The position numbers and the translations under genes were made by a program. Positions 57,325-64,000 of a stretch of DNA of 64,000 nt are shown here, one piece after another. How positions within the stretch are numbered: the first letter of the stretch is position 1; every line of letters begins with the position of its first letter. The notes under the pieces were generated by a model. That model ran no database searches. It worked only from the letters and a program-made list of their open reading frames with translations, and was not told the DNA's origin. The DNA lies in assembly GCA_023436115.1 (NCBI GenBank), contig JAEZKQ010000027.1, forward strand, positions 4,645 through 68,644. The letters are read 5' to 3'. Source of the stretch: Bacillota bacterium. GTDB lineage: Bacteria > Bacillota > Clostridia > Christensenellales > SZUA-584.

Positions 57325-58308
57325 TTATTGTGATAGATTTGCCGTATGCCATTTGACGGTATCTCGTATCGTTTGTTCCAGCGGACGCGGAGAAAATCCA
57401 AGTTCCCGTTTTGCTTTCTCATTGGAAATGCTGACACCCGATATCATGACATCCACCGTCTCTTTGGTAATTATAGGTGTTTTTTGGGCCAGCGTGTAAT
57501 AAACCGGCATCACAGATGCGCATACTTTGACGAGAAACACGGGGATATTCAGCGCTTTTAAGTGATGGCCGGATAATTGCCCGATCGTCTCGATCAACTC
57601 TTTAATGCTGCACTGCTCGCCCGATAGTATATAGCCTTCTCCTTTTTGACCGTTCTGCCATGCCAGAAAAATACCTTCGGCCACATCACGGACATCCACA
57701 AAATCAAACCGGCCGTCGAAACACAGCGTGGTGCCGCGCGCGCCGATATATTTTTTGAACATAGTGCCCGACATAGACGAACGGTAATCGTAAGGGCCGA
57801 CCACGCCTGTGGGAAACACGATGACGGCATCCAACCCGTCGTTCTCACATGCCTTGAAGACTTCGAGCGTACCCAAAAGCTTTGTTTTGCTATATTCGTC
57901 GGTGCAGCGACCCAAATCAGTATCGACCGTTTCGTGAATCGACAAATTATCATCAGGAAACAGCGCATGGATGCTGGATACATGAACGAGGCGTTTAACG
58001 CCGCATTTGAGGCAGGCATCCACTATATTTTTTACGCCGCCCACGTTGATGTCATTTAACAGCTGTTTGTCTGAACCGGTCATATGAATGTAGCCCGCAA
58101 GATGAAAAACATCGCTGCATCCTTTTACGGCTTCTTCAACAGCCTTAGCATCGCGAATGTCGCAACGCACAATTTCCTTTGCAAAGGGCTCTATGAAAGA
58201 GGTATCGCCGCTTTGCACCATGAGCCTTAAATCCCGGTAACCCTTTTCGTAAAGATATCTCACCAGAACATTACCGATATGCCCCCGGGCACCTGTGACG
58301 AGCAACAT
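57325..58308 (-). CDS. NAD-dependent epimerase/dehydratase (extended SDR), paralog 2
   Basis: It has VTGARGHIGN and YSKTK. The start was chosen at MLLVTG (58308); the track ORF extends upstream into the next gene. Confidence 0.8.
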   Translation of the reverse strand: MLLVTGARGHIGNVLVRYLYEKGYRDLRLMVQSGDTSFIEPFAKEIVRCDIRDAKAVEEAVKGCSDVFHLAGYIHMTGSDKQLLNDINVGGVKNIVDACLKCGVKRLVHVSSIHALFPDDNLSIHETVDTDLGRCTDEYSKTKLLGTLEVFKACENDGLDAVIVFPTGVVGPYDYRSSMSGTMFKKYIGARGTTLCFDGRFDFVDVRDVAEGIFLAWQNGQKGEGYILSGEQCSIKELIETIGQLSGHHLKALNIPVFLVKVCASVMPVYYTLAQKTPIITKETVDVMISGVSISNEKAKRELGFSPRPLEQTIRDTVKWHTANLSQ

Positions 58309-58334
58309 AGTGAATACTCCTGACGTTACGAATT

Positions 58335-58688
58335 CTACTTGCTTTGTTTGACAGGCACCATTGCCAAGACCACGCTGATAATATAGACCACAGCGGTGAT
58401 GGACTGCCACGGAAAACCAAAGACCAGCACAGCCACTGTGCACAGCGTCATAACGACGGAACCCATGACATGGTGTTTATTTACCGTTATTGCAGCCGCA
58501 ACTCCTAAGGCATTCACCGCAAGCAGTATGATACCATAGGTTTGAACGCTGGCCGCATCATGCGGCAGTATAACATCTTGCTCGGAATAGGGCAGCACCG
58601 ACAGCAAAGATAACAGCGCCAACACAAGTCCTATGATGCCCGCGGCAATACCCAGGCCAATTTCCGTCTTACGCATATTCTCCCCCAT
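58335..58688 (-). CDS. Small 4-TM-like membrane protein of unknown function
   Basis: The profile is hydrophobic throughout. It lies directly upstream of the SDR pair on the same strand. Confidence 0.5.
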   Translation of the reverse strand: MGENMRKTEIGLGIAAGIIGLVLALLSLLSVLPYSEQDVILPHDAASVQTYGIILLAVNALGVAAAITVNKHHVMGSVVMTLCTVAVLVFGFPWQSITAVVYIISVVLAMVPVKQSK

Positions 58689-58997
58689 ATAAACAGCTTT
58701 TGTCTTTTTCCGTATTATACCTCACCTTTGCACCATTGGCAACGCGCTTTGACTCGGTCGTATTCAGCCATAAAAAATCAATAAAAATAGACTTATCATG
58801 TTGACAGAGGTTGTCGTTAGTAGTAAAGTAAATGTTGATGGTATGTAAGCATATGGAAGCTTCATCAAGCTGTAAACTTTTTTTAAAACATACTAACAGT
58901 GTTTTTTAATGATTCTAAAATATACAACAATATGTTAGAATTGTATTCTAATAGAACACGAAAACCAAAACTGCAAGGTTATTCTAGGAGTGACAAA

Positions 58998-60866
58998 GTG
59001 AAAAAGAAGAAGAAAGAGCAGCCAGCCAATCAGATTGATCAGCAAAGCGCGGACAATGCACAGACAGACAGTTCTGTTCCTTGCTCCGGCACTGGCAATG
59101 ACATGATTAAGTCTGAGGAAAATGAAACGAGCTGTGCTGAAACAGCCGATACGCCAAAAAACGAGTTATCAGCCGAAGAGCCTCTTGAGGAAAACACAGC
59201 CGAAACAAGCTCCGCTGAAGCGGCCGATACGCAAAAAGACGTGTCATCAGCCGAAACAGAGCCGCTTGATGAGGAAAAATCCATTGAGTTTTATTTAGCG
59301 AACAGCGATGAGGAAGCATCGCCGGACGATAATAAAGCCAAACCGGCAAAGGCCAAAAAGCCAAGAAAACCGTGGAGCACAAAAAAGAAGATTATATTCT
59401 CCAGTATTGCGGTTGTTTTGGCTGCGCTTATTGGCTTTGCTTCCTATGCTTATGCCATTTGGTCTAACCCAATGGGTCAATTTGATAAGGTTTCTGAGCA
59501 GGTAACGGCAACACCATCTCCCGAAGAGACAACTGATCAGACGTTGGGCCCTACCCCCACAATCGATCCTTATGACGAATTGGTCGCTAAGGCTGATTTT
59601 GGACTGCTTGATAATATCGTTAACATCATGCTGATCGGTGTGGACTATTCGGTTGAACGCGAAACGTGGAGCGGCAAGCATGCTTACCATTCAGACGTGA
59701 TGATCGTGCTGTCTATTAACACCGATACCAATGAAGTCAGCATGATCTCTCTTCCCCGCGACACCTATGCCAAGATTCCCGGAGTCAAAGGGATATACAA
59801 GCTCAACGCGTCGATAGACTGCGGCGGCGGTTGGCCGACGGAATCAGGATTTAAAAAGGTTTGCGAAGCAGCATCGTGGATGCTGGGCGATATACCCGTC
59901 GAATACTATTACGCGGTGGATATGGGCGCCGTTAAAGGGCTTGTCAACGCAATCGGCGGGCTTTATTACGACGTCGACATTGACTTCAAAATACAGGGAC
60001 GCTCCTATACGAAGGGCTATCAGTATATGGACGGCCAAGCGGTGCTTGACTATCTGCGCGTCAGGAAGAATTTAGCGAAGAACGAAGAGGGCGACCTAAA
60101 CCGTATCAACCGTCAAAAGAAGATGCTGATTGCCATATTTGAGAAAATTAAGGATTCCGATCTTCTGGTTAAACTGCCGGATATTCTGGGCGCATTCGAT
60201 GGCAATCTTTATACCAATACAACATTGGCTCAAACGGCGGCGCTCGCGGCTTACGCCTATAATGTCGACAGCGACAATATACAGATGTATTCTATGGGCG
60301 GAAGATATCACAATATATTTAATTGGCGATTTGTGCTCACCGATCAGAAGGACCGCGTAGAGCTGATTAAAAAGGTTTACGGTGTTGATGTGGAGCAGTA
60401 TAAGAACTATTCCCCAAAAAGAGCGATGTTGCTTTGGGAGCAGATGCAGGCAGACGTTATCGCGCCCAAATCCAAAGAGGTTTTGAAAAAAGTTAAGGTC
60501 ATTTTGGATGCTGACAAACAGCTTCCTGAATACCCGAAACCCGCACCGCCCGCCGATCCCGCACCCGTCGATCCGGCAGCACCTGTAGACCCAGCGGCTC
60601 CGACACCCGCACCGCCCGCCCCGACGCCCACTCCTGACCCTGCGGATTACAGAAAGTATGGTGCCGATGTCTGGGATATCTATAACAGAGCCGCCAAGCA
60701 ATGTCAGTCGTTAGGATCGCTTGATAGTTTAGATACGTTGAAGGCTGCCAACCTGCAGCTAAAGGCCGATATTGAAAAGCTATGTTCGATGTTTTCTATA
60801 AAAGTGCCAAACTGGGGTGTCCATTACGAAAAAAACGAAAATGAGATATATGTCAACTTTAATTAA
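58998..60866 (+). CDS. Second LCP-family (LytR-CpsA-Psr) protein with acidic N-terminal tail and Pro-rich C-terminal extension
   Basis: AGGAG lies 7 nt before GTG 58998. The LCP core is NIMLIGVD...HSDVMIVLS...SLPRDTY...KLNAS...RVRKNLAKNEEGDLNRINRQKK. The Pro-rich stretch is PAPPADPAPVDPAAPVDPAAPTPAPPAPTPTPDP. Confidence 0.8.
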   Translation: MKKKKKEQPANQIDQQSADNAQTDSSVPCSGTGNDMIKSEENETSCAETADTPKNELSAEEPLEENTAETSSAEAADTQKDVSSAETEPLDEEKSIEFYLANSDEEASPDDNKAKPAKAKKPRKPWSTKKKIIFSSIAVVLAALIGFASYAYAIWSNPMGQFDKVSEQVTATPSPEETTDQTLGPTPTIDPYDELVAKADFGLLDNIVNIMLIGVDYSVERETWSGKHAYHSDVMIVLSINTDTNEVSMISLPRDTYAKIPGVKGIYKLNASIDCGGGWPTESGFKKVCEAASWMLGDIPVEYYYAVDMGAVKGLVNAIGGLYYDVDIDFKIQGRSYTKGYQYMDGQAVLDYLRVRKNLAKNEEGDLNRINRQKKMLIAIFEKIKDSDLLVKLPDILGAFDGNLYTNTTLAQTAALAAYAYNVDSDNIQMYSMGGRYHNIFNWRFVLTDQKDRVELIKKVYGVDVEQYKNYSPKRAMLLWEQMQADVIAPKSKEVLKKVKVILDADKQLPEYPKPAPPADPAPVDPAAPVDPAAPTPAPPAPTPTPDPADYRKYGADVWDIYNRAAKQCQSLGSLDSLDTLKAANLQLKADIEKLCSMFSIKVPNWGVHYEKNENEIYVNFN

Positions 60867-60903
60867 GCTTTGACTATCGTTATACGAATAGAGATTAATA
60901 TCA

Positions 60904-60942
60904 ACGCCATGTCGGCTTTCCGCCTGCATGGCGTTTTCTCTC
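60904..60942 (+). terminator. Intrinsic terminator after the LCP gene
   Basis: The stem pairs ACGCCATG with CATGGCGT and is followed by TTTCTCTC. Confidence 0.55.
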
Positions 60943-60970
60943 GGACGCTTTTATAGAACGAGACTACAGG

Positions 60971-60996
60971 CAAAAGGCCGCTTAATTCGGCGGCCT
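60971..60996 (-). terminator. Intrinsic terminator after spoIIID
   Basis: On the minus strand a 7-bp stem pairs AGGCCGC with GCGGCCT, loop cgaattaa, followed by TTTTG. Confidence 0.5.
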
Positions 60997-61002
60997 CATG
61001 CA

Positions 61003-61251
61003 TTATTGGTTCTTATATTTTAACCGCGTGGCATTCCCGCCGCGAATATGCCTTTCCTCCTTGTTCTTTCTAAGCACCTCCGCGACCGCCCGTGCCGTAG
61101 ACGGCGAAATCGCACAAAGACGTTCTGTCAGATCCTTATGTACCGTGCTCTTGCTCGTACCAAAAGTTCGCGCCGCTTGACGCACAGTCGCTCCGCTCAT
61201 GAGCACATAGTCTGCAATACGCGTCACACGGTCTTCGATATATTCTTTCAT
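61003..61251 (-). CDS. spoIIID: Sporulation transcriptional regulator SpoIIID
   Basis: MKEYIEDRVTRIADYVLMSGATVRQAARTFGTSKSTVHKDLTERL is a near-canonical SpoIIID HTH. It is about 82 aa. Confidence 0.9.
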   Translation of the reverse strand: MKEYIEDRVTRIADYVLMSGATVRQAARTFGTSKSTVHKDLTERLCAISPSTARAVAEVLRKNKEERHIRGGNATRLKYKNQ

Positions 61252-61281
61252 GCATTGAGCCCCCTTTTTCATCTTGGTACA

Positions 61282-61310
61282 TGTGTATGTGGCAAAGGAG
61301 GCTTGTATGA
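61282..61310 (-). promoter_or_regulatory. SigE-like promoter upstream of spoIIID
   Basis: On the minus strand, TCATACAA is followed by N13 and CATACACAT. This resembles the SigE consensus (kmATAtt-N13/14-CATACAnT) that drives spoIIID in Bacillus. Confidence 0.45.
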
Positions 61311-61584
61311 GTTTTATATGTCTTAACACATAATAAAATCACGCCCGTAACGAAGCGCCGATACATCCAAAACCATACCGGACACCCAAAACAGACGATG
61401 AACATCAATATGTTTTGAATTTACCATTGTTTCACTATATTCGGTACTGTTTATCTATAAAATAATGGAGCTATCATCCAAAGAAAACGGCGCAAGACTT
61501 GTGACTTAACTTATGAACCTACAGCACTCTCTAAAGACGTATCAACCTTATTTAAGTGGAGTCCTATTGCGTAAAAATTAAGGT

Positions 61585-61616
61585 CCTTAATAACTAGGGT
61601 TATTGGGGCTTTTTTC
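61585..61616 (+). terminator. Orphan intrinsic terminator in an intergenic region
   Basis: The stem pairs CCTTAATAAC with GTTATTGGGG (two G-U pairs), with a tetraloop, followed by CTTTTTTC. No annotated + strand gene lies upstream. Confidence 0.5.
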
Positions 61617-61850
61617 AGATAAATTCGTATATCAGCCACAGAGCTTGATTTTGAAACCATATCAAACGGTTTCATGAGTACAACGGTCAACTCCCGCTAT
61701 CCATGAAAGGGGCTGAATCACATATGACTGAGCGTTGGCAACCCAGTTTATGATCTGAAGCGAATGTGCGATTAAAACCGGCTTCATAAAATGCCGTGGA
61801 TAACACAAAACAACGATTGTATAGCATGATTAGGCAAGTAACGAAAGCCA

Positions 61851-63641
61851 ATGAACTTATTAAAGAGGGTGGCATCCATAGATAACATTTTAGATTTACT
61901 GATTAATCTTATCAAGAGCATGTCGGTTGTTATCGTCCTTGCTTATATTCTCACCAGAACCAAGGTCTATAACGCGATCATGTCTGCTAAAAAGGTGGCT
62001 GTTAAACAAAAGCTGGCGCTTATCGTGGTGTTCGGCTTGTTCTCCATATACGGAACGTTAAGCGGTATTGATTTCAAGAATGCCATTGCCAACATACGCG
62101 ATCTGGGGCCTGCTATCGCCGGGCTTATCGGCGGTCCGCTGGTCGGCTTAGGTGCCGGGCTGATCGGTGCCGTTCACCGTTTCTTTCTGGGCGGTCTTAC
62201 GTATATACCGTGCTCGATATCCACTGTTCTGGCGGGGCTTGCGGGCGGACTGATTTACCTGTTCAGAAAAGGTAAATTCTTAAGCATAACCGGCTCTGTT
62301 ATTTTTATGGCTTTGATGGAAGCGTTTCATATGAGTCTGGCCCTTGTGATTGTTCAGCCTTTCAGTACCATATACCCTATTATCGAGAGCTTAAGCCTGC
62401 CCATGATATTGACCAATGCACTGGGAATGGGTATATTCGCTTTTATCATTCACAATCTTATCAAAGAGCGTGAAACGAAGCACACCAAAGAGCTGATTGA
62501 AAGCGAGCTCAGCGTAGCCCGAGAGATACAGATGAGTATTGTCCCAAAAATCTTCCCCGCTTTTCCGGAGCGCCGTGAATTTGATATCTTCGCCCTCATT
62601 GAACCGGCTAAGGAAGTGGGCGGCGATCTGTATGATTTCTTTTTGCTCGATGAGGATCACCTTTGTTTCACAATAGGCGATGTATCCGGGAAAGGCGTTC
62701 CGGCCTCGCTGTTCATGGCGGTCACCAAAACGTTAATTAAAGCCAAAGCAGGCATACATATGAGTCCGGATCAGGTTTTGTATGAAGTCAACAACGAGCT
62801 GTGCAAAGACAACGATTCGGGGATGTTTGTCACTGAATTCCTTGGTATATTGACCATAACAACAGGAGAAATGGTTTTCAGCAACGGCGGCCACAACATC
62901 CCCTATCTGCTTAAGGCAAATGGTGAGATAGAAGCATTGCCTAAAATACCAGGCATGGCGCTTGCCGTTATGGATGATGCTTGCTATACCTCCTCAAGAG
63001 TTACTCTTTGTGACGGAGACAGCCTCATCATGTATACGGACGGCGTCACTGAGGCGATGAACCCTGCCGGAGAGCTTTTAAAAGACGAACGGCTGGTTGA
63101 TATACTGCGCAAGTTTGCGGGCAATACCGCAAAGGAAACGGCTCAGCACATACTCGCTGAAACGCGCCGTTTTGCAAACGGTGCTGTCCAGTCGGATGAT
63201 ATCTCCATAATGGTTATCAAATATTTTAGTCCCAACCGTATGGTGTACCGTCTTAAGAATGAGCTGGATGAGATCCCGGCGCTGACAGACGCTGTGGAAA
63301 GCTTTGCAGCCGCAAATGGTATCGCTCAGGATACCGTGTTTAAAGTCAACCTGTCTTTGGACGAACTGCTGACTAACACCATCACCTATGGTTTTGGGAA
63401 AGGCGAGGCGCATGAAATCACCGTTAAGCTGGCCGTTGAGGATAAAACGCTGGTGATCGAGATTCGTGAAGATGCGATACCTTTTAATCCCTTAGATAAA
63501 CCGGAGCCGGACATCAGCCAAAATATTGACGACCGTCCCATCGGCGGGCTGGGCATTCATATCGTGCGTAAAATGATGGACGAAGTCGCATATCATCGCG
63601 AAGCGGCTTATAACGTACTGAAAATGAAAAAGTTCTTATAA
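61851..63641 (+). CDS. Membrane sensor (5TMR-LytS-like) fused to a PP2C/SpoIIE phosphatase and an RsbW-like anti-sigma-type Ser kinase (HATPase)
   Basis: There are about 6 N-terminal TMs. The PP2C motifs are EVGGDLYDF, GDVSGKGVPASLFM, YTDGVTEA and QSDDISIMV. The C-terminal N-box/G-box motifs are DELLTNTITYG and GGLGIHIVRKMMD. Confidence 0.85.
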   Translation: MNLLKRVASIDNILDLLINLIKSMSVVIVLAYILTRTKVYNAIMSAKKVAVKQKLALIVVFGLFSIYGTLSGIDFKNAIANIRDLGPAIAGLIGGPLVGLGAGLIGAVHRFFLGGLTYIPCSISTVLAGLAGGLIYLFRKGKFLSITGSVIFMALMEAFHMSLALVIVQPFSTIYPIIESLSLPMILTNALGMGIFAFIIHNLIKERETKHTKELIESELSVAREIQMSIVPKIFPAFPERREFDIFALIEPAKEVGGDLYDFFLLDEDHLCFTIGDVSGKGVPASLFMAVTKTLIKAKAGIHMSPDQVLYEVNNELCKDNDSGMFVTEFLGILTITTGEMVFSNGGHNIPYLLKANGEIEALPKIPGMALAVMDDACYTSSRVTLCDGDSLIMYTDGVTEAMNPAGELLKDERLVDILRKFAGNTAKETAQHILAETRRFANGAVQSDDISIMVIKYFSPNRMVYRLKNELDEIPALTDAVESFAAANGIAQDTVFKVNLSLDELLTNTITYGFGKGEAHEITVKLAVEDKTLVIEIREDAIPFNPLDKPEPDISQNIDDRPIGGLGIHIVRKMMDEVAYHREAAYNVLKMKKFL

Positions 63642-63654
63642 GGAGGCATTCATT

Positions 63655-63990
63655 ATGAATATCAAAGAAACGAAAAAGGATAAAGCAACCTTACTGGTGG
63701 TGGAAGGAAGAATTGACTCCGGCACCTCCGCCTTACTGGAGAAAAAGCTGCTGTCCATGATCGACCAGGGTGCGGAGAAGAATATTATATTGGATTTTAA
63801 GTCTATGGATTATATCAGCAGCGCAGGACTTCGCGTTTTGCTTATGGCAGCCAAAAAGGCAGGCAAGCTGGGAGGAAAGGTCGTTTTGGCCTGTTTAAAC
63901 ACAAATGTGAAGGAAGTCTTTGATATCGCCGGATTCTCGAACATATTCAATATTTACGCGTCTTCAGAGGAAGCCCTGAGCGCTTTTTAA
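63655..63990 (+). CDS. STAS-domain anti-sigma-factor antagonist (RsbV/SpoIIAA family)
   Basis: It is 111 aa. DFKSMDYISSAGLRVLL contains the phosphorylatable Ser in the DxxSSxG context. Confidence 0.85.
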   Translation: MNIKETKKDKATLLVVEGRIDSGTSALLEKKLLSMIDQGAEKNIILDFKSMDYISSAGLRVLLMAAKKAGKLGGKVVLACLNTNVKEVFDIAGFSNIFNIYASSEEALSAF

Positions 63991-64000
63991 CCATCGTGTG

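Noticed and set aside
1-64000. CRISPR arrays, tRNA/rRNA genes, IS elements, integrases, and toxin-antitoxin or known defence-system genes
   Set aside because: I saw no regularly spaced direct repeats, no cloverleaf-type sequences, and no transposase, integrase, nuclease or helicase defence signatures. The window reads as core chromosome.

Overview
This window looks like a chromosomal, mostly housekeeping segment of a spore-forming Firmicute of the Clostridia type. That placement rests on sigH, spoIIID, minCDE, mreCD, rodA, obg, and the dnaX-ybaB-recR-yaaL and mrnC-thyX-rlmB-yacP-sigH syntenies. I saw no rRNA or tRNA genes, CRISPR arrays, transposases or phage genes.

Three cis-regulatory RNAs or leaders are readable directly:
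- A TPP riboswitch precedes thiT.
- A THF riboswitch precedes a folT-like ECF S-component.
- The leader of a COG2984-type ABC importer carries eight (G/U)AG triplets at 2-nt spacing, followed by an antiterminator/terminator switch. This resembles a TRAP (MtrB) target.

Other items worth a second look:
- an orphan gene for a proline-repeat and CCD-heptad cysteine-rich protein near a radical SAM gene
- promoter-proximal terminators in the glnA and glpA-like leaders
- an in-register A_AAA_AAA heptamer in the dnaX linker
- an mreC-mreD-LCP operon with no mreB, and a rod-shape cluster scattered over about 30 kb
- a roughly 1,410-aa fusion of a double BcrAD/BadFG ATPase with a dehydratase-like domain
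- a membrane-sensor PP2C phosphatase fused to an RsbW-like kinase, with a STAS partner and no sigma factor in view
- a Bce-like two-component/ABC module with an atypical 8-TM tandem MacB-type permease
- several decayed gene remnants

All family assignments come from motif recognition by eye. No database search was run.
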